Both the position numbers and the translations under genes were made by a program. This document shows positions 37,495-48,729 of a stretch of DNA of 64,000 nt, in pieces. Source of the DNA: Piedraia hortae CBS 480.64. Its lineage: Eukaryota. Each line of letters opens with the position of its first letter. Position 1 is the first letter of the stretch. The DNA lies in NCBI GenBank assembly GCA_010093745.1, contig MU005968.1, positions 186,001 through 250,000 of the forward strand, in the 5' to 3' direction. The notes under the pieces were generated by a model. The model had not been told where the DNA came from, did no database searches, and was given only the letters and a program-made list of their open reading frames with translations.

Positions 37495-40400
37495 CTAATA
37501 CGCTCCATCGTCCCTCTTAGCAGAAACATAGTCCCTCTCCCTGTTGTTATCCCTATCCCTGCGGTCGACAAAATCCGCGACATCAGCACCGCCGCTGCTC
37601 GGAGCCTCCAAGAGTTTAGGTGCGCGGGGGAGGAACTCATTCTCTTCAGAGTCGTCTTCATAATCATCACGTTCTTTCCGACGACGGCGTCTTTCTCTGT
37701 CCCTGTCCCTGTCCCTGTCCCGGTCACGGTCACGGTCACGGTCACGGTCACGGTCACGGTCACGGTCACGGTCACGGTCACGGTCACGGTCACGGTCTCG
37801 GTCACGGTCTCGGTCTCGGTCGCGGTCAGCGTCATAACGATGACTGGCTGGATATACAATTAATGGATCTGCGCGAAACGTGGTCGACAGAACTCACCTC
37901 GGATGTCGGCTGTGCGCTCAGCAAGCTTCTCCACGTCGCTTCTGGTGAGGACGCGAAGGACGATGACACAGTCTTTGCGTTCCTCAAACCGCTCGCCGGC
38001 TTCTTTGAGTGCAGCGGGGTTGATCAGTCTACGATCCACTCTTGTCCAGCGGGCGCCGGGTGGAATACCCTTCATTTTGGCCTAAGAAAATGTCAGATGG
38101 TTGAATCAGAAGATAGTGGAAGAACTCACGTCTTTCAACGGGGCAACACCCTCACGGACAGCTTCAGGATCCTCAGGGAAGCGCTCGGTGGGTTTCTTGA
38201 GAATTCCCTTAGGCTTGGGCTCTTCGTCTTCGGTGGGAGGGTCGATGATGCGGACTCTGGTCTCACGTCGGTCAGAGAGACTGTTGTCGATGACCTGCAC
38301 CGGATTGGTGGAATTCATGGGAGCATCAAGAACGCTGGGCTTTCGGCGCAGATCGCGGTCCCCGTCCTTATCCAAACTGTCGCGAGTGCGCGGAGGCGGA
38401 GCGGTGGATTCTGCGAGGTTCGTCACACCGACACCGGCGTCAAGCTTCGGCTCGTTCAGCTCCCGCTCTTCCCGGTCACGTTTCCGCTGTTCGCGATCAC
38501 GACGGCGGCGGACGCGCTCGGCATCAGAGTCGGAGTTGCGGTCCTCAGCCTTGCGGCCCAATTCGCGCTGCACCTTCTCCATTCGTCGGTGGTAGTCTTC
38601 GTCGGCGTCCATGGCTTTGCAGGCCTCCGCTTTCCACTGCGCTTCTTGCGCCTGCCAATCGTCCTCTGGGCGATCCTGATAACCACGACCGTCTCTGCTA
38701 CGGCTATATGAGCTGCTGTCGGTGCTGCCGACGCGATTGCGCCGATTGCCGTTTGTCCTGTCGACGTCGTCACCGCTTGCAACATCACGACTGCCGTCTC
38801 TCGTCTTCTCCTTGTCGCGATAGCGATCGCCATCCTTCTGCCGGCTGTCATCTGCATCGTCCCCGGGGTCGTCGCGATCGTCGCGGTCCTTGTCCACGAC
38901 CCGCATGTCGCCCTGTTCTTTGCTCTCGTCTCTTTCGCGACCCCGCTCCCGTTTCCGATCCTTGTCACGGTCCCGCCGGCGGTCCCGCTCACTTTCGTAG
39001 CCCCTCTCCCGCTCCTTAACGCGATCCTTTTCTCGCTCGACATCGCCGTCGTCGCGCTGGGGATCGCCATCTCCAGGCCTATCACGATTAAGCACCTTGT
39101 TAATGCCATAGACGGCAGCGGCTCCGGCAAGACCAGTGGTAGCGGCAGACGAAAGAGATGGGCCATCGCGCTCCATATGGCGCTGTCGCTCTCGTTCGCG
39201 CTCAGTCTCGCGGTCGTCGGTCCTGCGATCGTAGTCGTACGGCCGCTCATCGTCGTAGCGTCGATCGTCCCTGTCTTCTTTGCGCCGTTCATCTCGGTCC
39301 TCTTTTCGCCGATCGTCTCGGTCTTCTTTCCGCCGATCGTCTCTGTCTTCCTTCCGACGGTCATCTCTCTCCTCTCTCCGCCGGTCATCCCTCTCGTCCC
39401 TGACATCTCTGCGCCGTTCGTCTCTGCGTCGGTCATCTTTACGTCTATCATCGCGATCATCTCTGCGCCTGTCATCGTCCCGGCGCACGTCATGACTGTC
39501 GTCCCTCCGCCTCTCATGATCATAATTGTCATAAGGCCGTCGATCGCTTTCGTAGCCGTCATTAGGCCGTCGGTCACTTTCATAACCGTCGTAGTGCCGC
39601 CGCTCGCGCTCGTACGGAGCGTCTAACTGGCGCGGGGGCAACGGCATGTCAACGTAGGCGGGTTCGCGGTACTTGCGGTCGAAGCTCTCCTCGCTCGCAC
39701 GGCCACGAACATCACGGCTGGACGAGCGGATGCCGAAGCCGCGCGTCTCCACGCTGCCGTCTCTTGCATGCGTCATGCTCTCCCGTCGTGAGCGTGTGTA
39801 GGTCGGAGGCGGCATGGCGCGATCATAGTAGGAAGGAGCGCGGCTGTCTATGGAGTTTGACCTCGTGCGTTCGCGTGATCGCATCCGCGGCGGCAGATAG
39901 TCGCGAGAATCGACCAAGGAGCCTCTTGTTGGCGATTGCGGAAACGGCAGCGGGCGGCCGCGATTCAAATCGTTGATCTTATCCCACCCACGTGTGCTTG
40001 GTGGGGGTCCGGCCTCCCGCGCGTGTCGTTGCTCATGCGGCCACGCGTCGGCCATGCTCATAGGCCGCTCGCGGCTAGCCCCACCGCGATCCACGCTGCC
40101 ACGACGGGCGCGCGCATAACGCGGCTCTGTGTCGTAGTACATGCTGGCCGGCTCCAGGTATGAATAGGCCTCGCTGCCATCATCCCGCCCTCTCGGTCGC
40201 GCGTAGCTGCTGCCTGTATGGTACGGTTTGTACCCGCGGCCACCGTCCACTGCTAGCGTCGGGTTCCGATACGTGCTAGACTCGACACTCGGCCGCCGGT
40301 GGTGGTGACGGCCTCGATCAACGTCGTCGACGATGACCTTGGTGCCACCGTCATCGACTGAGTAGACCTTCTTGTGCGTGCGCGGCGGATCTTTGGCGGC

Positions 40401-40730
40401 GGCAGGAGCCACATAGTCCCGTGGAGGTCTCAACGGGCTCGATGGCCGCGGATAGTCTTGGTGCACCACCGACCGCGTGCGCGTCGGCAGCTGCTGCGGC
40501 GGCGGAGGCGGCGGAATCGTCCGCGTCGCGTCGGAGACACCTGGCACGAGTCGGCGACCGCTGTACGAGTCATAGGCAGGTGGGGGCGGTGGAGCGGCGT
40601 AAGACGTATACGACGGCGGTGGCGGAACGGCGGCGGGACGGACGGGAGCAACAGAACCGTGCCTTGAGTATTGGCCCTCCTCCCGCATCGGTTGGGTGCG
40701 ACGCGGCGACGGAGGCCGGTAGTAGGACAT
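37495..40730 (-). CDS. Conserved fungal Arg/Asp/Glu-rich low-complexity protein with a C-terminal GIPPGARWT..DRRL.NP.AL domain (introns 38082..38129 and 37848..37897)
   Basis: The 874-aa ORF splices in frame to KGIPPGARWTRVDRRLINPAALKEAGERFEERKDCVIVLRVL, then to a last exon with (RD)n and PKLLEAP, stopping at TAG 37495-37497. Confidence 0.8.
37698..37826. repeat. Coding hexanucleotide microsatellite (CACGGT)n with CCCTGT/CTCGGT variants, encoding poly-(Arg-Asp)
   Basis: About 12 perfect ggtcac units, visible directly in the last exon of the gene above. Confidence 0.95.
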
Positions 40731-42480
40731 GTTGTGCTGGTCAGAATCGGCTCAGAGATTTTCAGCCTGCACCGACACCGCCCCCCGTTATTGACGTACG
40801 GCGTCAGTGCGTGCACTCGATGACGTCGCTTATCACGTCACGGGGTATCCCCGGTGCACAATCCCTGTCCACGACTCCGCTGGCGAATCAGACGCGGCGT
40901 CATTCACTTCAAGCATTCCAGCCTTCCAACCAAGTGATGGCTGCTGCCTTCCGACTGCAGCCTTCTCCTGCACTGTAACTGCATTTGAAGCAGGGGCCTG
41001 AGCAAAAAAATAACTGGCGGCTAGCTATTGGCCTACAGATCTTTACAAAACTGTGGCCACGCCTCATCATAATACGTCTGAACATCGGACTCAAAACGAC
41101 ACCCCTCTCTTCGACCGGCACGTTGTAGGTTGATTTGTGTGCACACACTTATAATGCCTCTTGGCGGCCGCATTATTGATTGCAACTGTTGTTGCATTGT
41201 TGTAGATGATTTGCGGGTTGACGGTAACCTGCCAGAAATCAAGGGCAAAATCTGCTGCCGCACGGTAACTTCCTGGCGTGACTCGGGTGTAGTAGCCACT
41301 GTTCTTTTGATTATTTGAACAGAAAACCCACCAGCAGGTTGGTGGAGAAGCGCCCGCTTTCCTTAATCGGTGTCAGTCGGCGTTCCAAATCGTTTGTAGA
41401 GCAGCACCATGGCGGAGTGTGCATTCAAACGAATCAGTATTGCTCAGATCGCCCGCAGCCTCGGGGTTGTTGACTGCATAGTCGATGATACCGCCGGCGG
41501 TGCCATTGTCGGTGACTGTCACGTCAATGACGCGGAATTACATCCCTTGGGCAGCAGCTGCGAATGGAGCACCTAGGATTGAGGACTACATGATGACTCA
41601 GAGGAGAGAGAGCACTCATACTTATGCTTTACTCGAATACGAGCTCAGCAGATGCACTGTTCCCAATCCAGTTCATATTAGCGCTTCGGTTGTCCTACAT
41701 GAAAGCGGCCATTGGACGCCACCGCCTCGTGACCTTCTAACCCTTAAAGTATAGAGGTTCAGAAGCTGTTTTCTTCCTACAACACTTGTTTGGAATGTGA
41801 CAAAAGACTGAAGTCGTTGAGCTCTAGAGCAGTTATTGTGTAGAAGGCACAATCGATAACCACGAATGCCAACGAGGTTGGTGGAAAGACATCACCGACG
41901 TTGATCTCCTATCTCAATGGTGGACGCAGCTGACATCCCACCATGGACTTTGAAAGGGCATCGCCGTCCTCCTCGGATCATCGGCCACAACTCGGCTGAG
42001 AAAGGGTCGGTCGAACGGTTTCCGCACTTTCACCCGACCGGATGGCAGATCCATTGTCGCCGATTGGATGTCGTCGAAGTGTTTTGAACAGCGACTAAAA
42101 ATAGCCAGGTTGGAAATTCCAATGAACACCACCTGAGAAGTGAATCCAATTTGGAACACTCCGGTGTCGCCGGTACACAACATCTTTTAGCGAACCTCAT
42201 GACGAATACTTCAGGTGCAAGAACAATGGGAGGAAAAGTGTCATGATTCTCTCCGACCGTCCTCAGTTACCTCAGAACCTCGAACTCGTACGTCGTATTC
42301 TATAACACCGCCCTCGACATCAACGGCCATGACGTTGGTGGCGCCTCGTATTAACAAGAAAACTTCTAGCAACAATTGCAAGATCCTTGACGTGAACTCT
42401 GCCGGAGACCGGAAGAGAGCCGAGCTCCCTTCGCCATGTAGCTATAAAAGCCACCTTCGAACCCTCTCCCTCCATCCAAA

Positions 42481-43029
42481 ATGCATTATTCACTTATCCT
42501 CATCTCCCTCGCTGCCGCAACCCAAGGCCTCTACTTCCACGTCAGTCCCTTGACCATTACCGACAAGGGCAAAGATGGCGGCTGTGTCGATTTCACCGTA
42601 AACAATCCCGATGCCGTTTACGAACAAGGTGGCCATGATTCGGCCACGTGCTCCTTGCCCTGGTAGGAATACAACACACATCCAAAACGTACAACAACTG
42701 ATGGAGAATATAGGAGCTCCGGATCACCACCATCGTGCTGGTCACACTGCGATTCCGGCCATGGCTCCAGTGCCTACTACGCTCGCGTAACACCCGGAAG
42801 CTACCAGTCGGCTTCAAAGTACTCAATCGACATCTGGCAGCCGTATGTCTATGAGCTGGCCAATCATAACAACGGAACTGTGGAAATTAGCACGGATAAT
42901 GCGAATGCTCATTACGAGTGTGCTCCCCAGGGACAGTACACTACGTGCGAGACAAAGGATGGAGGTGCTTTTGATACCGCTGTGCACCCTTATTATGGTG
43001 GTTCGACGCCAGCGGATCCTTTCTGTTAA
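42481..43029 (+). CDS. Small secreted cysteine-containing protein, effector-like / AA1-like fold possible (intron 42663..42713)
   Basis: Signal peptide MHYSLILISLAAATQG. Spliced ...DFTV...ATCSLPW | SSGSPPSCWSHC...YECAPQGQYTTCE...PFC*. A tataaaa box lies about 40 bp upstream. Confidence 0.78.
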
Positions 43030-43941
43030 GGGTAGTTGTTGCGTGCATTACAGAATATGAAGCATAGAGTATGCATACAGTCATTTGATCATGATGGAAC
43101 ATTCTACTACAATCTGTGGAACAAGTTTGGTGTTGTCTTCGGTTTGGGGGGTTTGATGTGAATGATGGCTGTATGTTAACCTGTTTGTCATGCCAGCCGG
43201 TCAACATGAGTCGGCAGCATGTCAACGTATGTGAATGTTATCTGTCATTCAAGTCAACATTTCATCAACCCGCAAAGTCATCCATTCTCTCTGGCCTGAA
43301 AGACCACACTGAAGCTTGGGCGCTGGCAGAATGACGCACATAGCTCTCGGGATCGATAGAATCTACGTATTACCCAAAACCCCGCGGAGCGGGAGCTTCA
43401 CCGTTCCGACTCCAGGCAATGGCCTACAAGACTAAATGAAACAGCGGTATCTTGCGATCTATGCAATTGACAATTGCTACAAGCTAAGATGGCAGCCCGG
43501 ACAACTTTGTTGAGCCGAAGAATGCTGGGTAGGAATGCAGACTTTCGATTTGAAGAGCCGCGTGGCTGCCCCGTCTCCACAAGTTCTTGAAGGTTCCTGG
43601 AGCTCATGTGGGTCTTAACGGTTCTAGAAAAGGGAACCGCAAGAAGACGTTCAGACTGAGGAATGAAGTCTGCCAAACTGCCAGGCTGCTGTGTTTGTTT
43701 GCAACCTCGGCCTACATGTGCGTGGCTGGATTCGACAAACTTTGGCCAGTCCAGGGGAGCCATGCAGGCACAAGACTTATGTCCAGGCGTTTCCAGCCAC
43801 CGTGTTTTGATGCTTATTAGCTAAACCCCAACCTTTTCCGGCCCTTCCTCCCTGCACACCTTCTCCTTTGCTTCCCAAAGAACTCGAATACCCGCTATTT
43901 GAGCTCGAAGCATCGTTTTCGAGCTCCCGAAGCTCGCCACC

Positions 43942-45246
43942 CTGGATTATACTGCTGCCGTTCCGTAAGTATCCCGCGATTTCAATGCGTGAATGACGCG
44001 TTGACAGGCCCAGTGTCCCGTTCAGCGTCTTCCCCTCGACCTACAAGAACGAACAGGCTCGGACCGAGTCAGTAGAGGTCCAAACCGACGAGCGAATCAC
44101 TGTCCAAGGCGCTGGACGGGAGCAAAGATTTCCTAGAGCACCTCGACGCGAAGAACGCTTTGAGGAAATTCGCATCACCGATCGCGAACGTTCACACCGA
44201 CCAGAACGAGAATACTACGACGAGCGTCCCATTCGCCGCGTCGAGACTGAGACATTCGTTGCTGACCGACAGTAAGTTTCCCTGTTTATCGCGCGTCTGT
44301 GCGCACGGAGCTCCCCCTGAACCCAGCCACCCGCGTTGTCTGTGGCAACGGGATCTTTTTTTCTTCTTTTTTCCTTCTCTTGCTAACCAAAACAAACAGC
44401 TACCGAGAGCCCTATCGTCGCTACGCTGAAGCGCAGTTAGACGTAGAGGATCGTGTGTACCCAGAGCATCTTCAGGAGCGTCGTCCCCAGTTTCAGGAGG
44501 AATATCGTCCAGTTCGCACTTGGGAGGAGAAGACCACTTATCCAGCACAAGCAACAGAGCAGATTCACATCAGCCAACCAGAGGTTTCTCACAGGAAAAT
44601 GGGCTACTACGACGAAGACGGACACTACCATAGCTTCCGTCACGGAATGCACCAGGCAACGGACCGTATTCTGTACGGCCCTCGCCATCACCACGATCGT
44701 GCCACCGAGGACATTGTCGTTGAGAACCGTGAAATCACGACGAGCGCACCTCGCTACGAGGCCGAGCGTTATCAAGTTCGTCGTTCCTTGCGTCAAGCTC
44801 CCAACACCATCACGATTCCCTGCCATCACATTCGCATCGGGGACATCTTGATCCTCCAGGGCCGTCCGTGTCAGGTCATCCGCATCACGACTTCGGCTCA
44901 AACCGGCCAGCACCGCTACCTCGGTGTCGACCTCTTCACCAAGCAGCTGCACGAGGAGAGCAGCTTCGTCAGCAACCCTGCGCCTTCGGTTGTTGTGCAG
45001 AACATGCTCGGCCCCGTCTTCAAGCAGTATCGCGTGTTGGACATCCGCGATGATGGCCGCGTTGTTGCCATGACCGAGACGGGAGACGTGAAGCAGGGTC
45101 TTGCTGTCATTGACCAGAGCAGCCTCCTCCAGCGACTGTCTGACAGCTTTGCCAACGGTCGTGGTTCTGTGCGTGTTTTGGTTATCAACGACGAAGGACG
45201 TGAATTGGCGGTTGACTATAAGGTCATCCATGGCAGCCGTTTGTAG
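43942..45246 (+). CDS. hex-1: Woronin body major protein Hex-1/HexA; short form from ATG 44599, long form from CTG 43942 (introns 43965..44013 and 44272..44399)
   Basis: MGYYDEDG, eIF5A-like core (TITIPCHHIRIGDILILQGRPCQVIRI...QYRVLD) and C-terminal PTS1 SRL*. The gene call is firm; the CUG start is an inference. Confidence 0.95.
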
Positions 45247-45405
45247 GCAATTGAAATTGAGAACATTTAGTTGATAGTTGTGTAAAATTGATTGAAAAAA
45301 GAGTTCGTTGCTATGGCGTTGCTATGGAGACCATCTTTGCTTGTTGACGCCTCATAACGCCTTTAGATTGGCCATTGTTTCCAGTAACCCACATCGTTGT
45401 CTACA

Positions 45406-48400
45406 ATGTCTGCGCCTGGCTCAGCGCGAAGCGAATCGCCAACGAGCGTTTACAGTCATTCAACAAACAGATCGAACCAGACGGGAACCAAATACAATCC
45501 ACGCGCGTTTACTCAACAGCCCCAGATTCATCAGCCCGGGCGGTACAGACGCAAGACTTTGCTTTCGGGATACGTGACCAATCCATTTGATGATAACAAT
45601 GCCGAGACCGCCGGCCCTCCACCGCCGCCGCCGCCGCCGCATAGACATTTGGACCATAATGTCGGCTTTGTTGACTTTGCGAACGGGACCGAGGGAGTAA
45701 AGGTTTGGGATGAGAAGTCAGACGGCAAGGATGGAGTAAAGACTCCGCGCGACCGCTCTCCTCTGCCCAGCAAACCAAAGGATGTGCACAGCCCGCTTTC
45801 ATCGCCGAGGATATACCACAAGTCCCGCGAGTCAACCGAACTTTTGTCTCCGATACGCGGCAATTTTTCCAATGTTTCAGACGGAATCAAGCATTGGAGC
45901 TCTAAAGAAGAGGTCAATAGCCGAACTGGCTCTCCCGTAAGGCTTGGAAAGGATTTCGCTGTTAGAATCTCCCATAAGAACCTGCATTCGGAGCGGTCAG
46001 ATGGACAGCTTTCTAGCAAAACTGCGTCCTCTGTCGGGAAGGTTACGCCCAAGGCTGAGCCTGTGGCGAAGGTGCTAACGCATGAACCTGAAGCAAAGGT
46101 GGGCGCGTCTTATATTGCAGAGAAGGACAAGTTTGAGGATCAAATCAGCGCTTATGTACCGTCGCAAGTAGCCACCGAGGAGGATGATGTGTTTTCTCAT
46201 AGGGATATCAGTCCTAGTATCTCTCCTCTTCCGTCTCTGAGGGATTCGGAATTGCACATTTTCGGCGGGCTGAACGAGAGAATCTCTAACCAGTCCCAGG
46301 ATTGGCATCATGCTGAACCTACAACAGTCCACCAGCCGGCAGTGTTAACAACCAGCTCACCGGACCAGAGAAATTCTTGGGAGTCTGAGGAACAGAAAAG
46401 GGACATGGAACCGGAACTGGAAACAGTCTCGACGCCGCTGAACCATCGACGAACTTCAGACGACCATCATCTCAATTACCAGGGAGATGTCATCCGCAAC
46501 CACGAAATTATTCATTCCAGCCCCACGAGAGAGTTTTCCAACACTTTGTCCCGAGCAAACGATTTCTCCTCTCGTCCAAATACCGCCCGTTCGAACACAG
46601 GCTATTCCACCCGTCCTGCCACTGAACACTCTGCCCGTCCAACCACAGGGTACTCTACTCGTCCTGTCACTGAGTACTCTGCCCGTCCCACTACAGACTA
46701 CTCCAACCGTCCGACAACAGACTACTCTTATGCACCATCGGGACTCACAAACTCCAACGCAATACGGGACATTGAAAATCTCCTAGGCGGCAGAGTATTG
46801 TCTCCCTCGCCCGACGGTTCGGAAGCGTCAGACGATGAGCATGACTATGCCCAAAGAGGCCACATGGGCGGATTCAGCGCAGTCCCACCCTCGCCTCCAA
46901 AGTACAACTATAATCTCCAATCCAGAAAATCCCGAAGACGCAGTTCTCAACATGAGATGATTGCTCCTCTCGTCACGACTGCACCAGCCATCGATATACC
47001 GCAGCACGATCACCACCGAGCCCCCTCGTTCGAATCCATCTCCCCGCCCATCCCCCTCCAAGAAGCCACAAACCCCTACGGTCGGGAACCCTCCGTCCGC
47101 AAACCGGTCATCACGCGTAACACGCGCGACGGCAGTGGGAAATACATCCTCATGCCCACCGCAGGCGACAACTTCGAAGACTCAGAGAAAAGCTCCTGGC
47201 TCCAAGAGCAACAAGCTTCCCGACGCCGCACTCGACTCATTTGCATCATCCTCTTAGCCCTTCTCATCCTAGGCGCGATCGCAGGCGGAATCGCGGGCGG
47301 GATCCTCGCCGCCAAAGAGCACTCCAAATCCTCCTCCTCATCCACCATAAGCGGATCCCACAAATCGCACGGCCTCTACGATTCCTCCTCCCCCGAAGTC
47401 AAATCCCTCCTCCAAAACCCCAACCTTCACAAAGTCTTCCCGGGGATGGACTATACCCCCCTCGGCGCACAATACCCTGAATGCCTCACCTCCCCCTTAG
47501 ACCAAAACAACATCACCCTCGACCTCGCCGTCCTCTCCCAGCTAACCCCCACAATCCGCCTCTACGGAACGGACTGTCTCCAAACCGAAAAAGTTCTCAC
47601 TGGCATCTCGCGTCTAAACCTCAACTCCACTCTCAAAGTATGGGCAGGCGTCTGGCTGGGAAACAACAAAACCACAAATGACCGCCAGGTAAACCAACTC
47701 TACACCATCCTCGACACATACCCCCAAGAGCACTTCGCGGGGATCATCGTAGGGAATGAGGTCCTCTTCCGTAAAGATCTCTCGCCTGCGGCGCTGGGGG
47801 AGCAGATGGACAATGTCCGTCAGAAGGTTAAATCTAAGGGGTGGGATTTGCCTATTGCTACGTCAGATCTGGGTGATGAGTGGGACGCACAGCTTGCGGG
47901 AGCGAGTGATTTGGTCATGGCTAACGTGCATCCTTTTTTTGCGGGTGTGCCGGCCGACCAGGCCGCCGCTTGGACGTGGAGTTTTTGGCAGCAGCACGAT
48001 GCGAGTCTGAAGAGTGGGGGGAAGAGTGTTATTGCAGAGACGGGTTGGCCGTCCGAGGGTGGGACGGATTGTGGGACTGATAATCCTTGTCCGGCGCGGA
48101 TGAGGAGGAGGGAGGCGCAGTATGCTGCTGCACCCGCAGTGGGGACGGCGTCGGCTGCTGCTGTCGGGACTGCTGTTGCTGGGGAGGCTACCGCAGCCGG
48201 GGCTGGGGTAGCTGCTACGGGAAGTGCGGTTGCTGGAACCGCTGCGGCTGGGGAGTCTAACGCTGGGTCCGCAGCCACTGGGGAAGCTACTGCTGTGGGG
48301 GCTTCAACCGCGCTCGCAGGGGAAGCTACAGCCGGGACCGCAGTCGCTACCGTTGCGGAAAGCCAAATCACAGCTTGGGGCACTGCGGCCTCCACTGGCG

Positions 48401-48729
48401 AAGCTACCTCGGCGGCGACTCAAGCCACCGCCGCCGCCGCTTCCACAGACGAGCCCTCTTTTCCAGCATCCCCCTCACCCTCATCAACCGCTGTCGGTGC
48501 AGTAGCAGACATCCCCTCCCTCAATACCTTCCTCTCAACCTGGGTATGCCAATCCCTCACCAATGGGACACAATATTTCTGGTTTGAGGCGTTCGATGAA
48601 CCCTGGAAGAAGATTTTTGATACCCCCGGGAAGAAATGGGAGAGTAAATGGGGGCTGTTCGATGAAGAGAGGAATTTGAAGGATGGGGTGAAGATTCCGG
48701 ATTGTGGGGGGAAGGAGGCTGGGAGTTAA
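45406..48729 (+). CDS. btgC: Membrane-anchored GH17 glucan endo-1,3-beta-glucosidase, BtgC-like
   Basis: Long disordered N-terminus, one TM helix (LICIILLALLILGAIAGGIAGG), then LHKVFPGMDYTP..QYPEC, IRLYGTDC, IIVGNEVLFR, MANVHPFFAG, ETGWPS and YFWFEAFDEPWK. Confidence 0.92.
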   Translation: MSAPGSARSESPTSVYSHSTNRSNQTGTKYNPRAFTQQPQIHQPGRYRRKTLLSGYVTNPFDDNNAETAGPPPPPPPPHRHLDHNVGFVDFANGTEGVKVWDEKSDGKDGVKTPRDRSPLPSKPKDVHSPLSSPRIYHKSRESTELLSPIRGNFSNVSDGIKHWSSKEEVNSRTGSPVRLGKDFAVRISHKNLHSERSDGQLSSKTASSVGKVTPKAEPVAKVLTHEPEAKVGASYIAEKDKFEDQISAYVPSQVATEEDDVFSHRDISPSISPLPSLRDSELHIFGGLNERISNQSQDWHHAEPTTVHQPAVLTTSSPDQRNSWESEEQKRDMEPELETVSTPLNHRRTSDDHHLNYQGDVIRNHEIIHSSPTREFSNTLSRANDFSSRPNTARSNTGYSTRPATEHSARPTTGYSTRPVTEYSARPTTDYSNRPTTDYSYAPSGLTNSNAIRDIENLLGGRVLSPSPDGSEASDDEHDYAQRGHMGGFSAVPPSPPKYNYNLQSRKSRRRSSQHEMIAPLVTTAPAIDIPQHDHHRAPSFESISPPIPLQEATNPYGREPSVRKPVITRNTRDGSGKYILMPTAGDNFEDSEKSSWLQEQQASRRRTRLICIILLALLILGAIAGGIAGGILAAKEHSKSSSSSTISGSHKSHGLYDSSSPEVKSLLQNPNLHKVFPGMDYTPLGAQYPECLTSPLDQNNITLDLAVLSQLTPTIRLYGTDCLQTEKVLTGISRLNLNSTLKVWAGVWLGNNKTTNDRQVNQLYTILDTYPQEHFAGIIVGNEVLFRKDLSPAALGEQMDNVRQKVKSKGWDLPIATSDLGDEWDAQLAGASDLVMANVHPFFAGVPADQAAAWTWSFWQQHDASLKSGGKSVIAETGWPSEGGTDCGTDNPCPARMRRREAQYAAAPAVGTASAAAVGTAVAGEATAAGAGVAATGSAVAGTAAAGESNAGSAATGEATAVGASTALAGEATAGTAVATVAESQITAWGTAASTGEATSAATQATAAAASTDEPSFPASPSPSSTAVGAVADIPSLNTFLSTWVCQSLTNGTQYFWFEAFDEPWKKIFDTPGKKWESKWGLFDEERNLKDGVKIPDCGGKEAGS
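46570..46730 (+). repeat. 21-bp coding tandem repeat (RPTTxYS-like, about 6 copies)
   Basis: Translation YSTRPATEHSARPTTGYSTRPVTEYSARPTTDYSNRPTTDYS. Confidence 0.85.

Noticed and set aside
37620..38711. 363-aa ORF with poly-(GH), and the 37458..37859 ORF with poly-(VT)
   Set aside because: Alternative frames of the hexamer microsatellite; the spliced frame encodes poly-(RD).
39230..39570. CRISPR-like or regularly spaced repeats
   Set aside because: Coding low-complexity repeats (RRKEDRDD, YDGYESDRR) in a eukaryotic gene; no unique spacers and no cas genes.
44299..44399. GTG start given by the ORF track for hex-1
   Set aside because: It lies inside intron 44272..44399 (poly-pyrimidine tract, gctaac branch site).
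44437..45231. 264-aa minus-strand ORF
   Set aside because: Antisense shadow of the codon-biased hex-1 gene.
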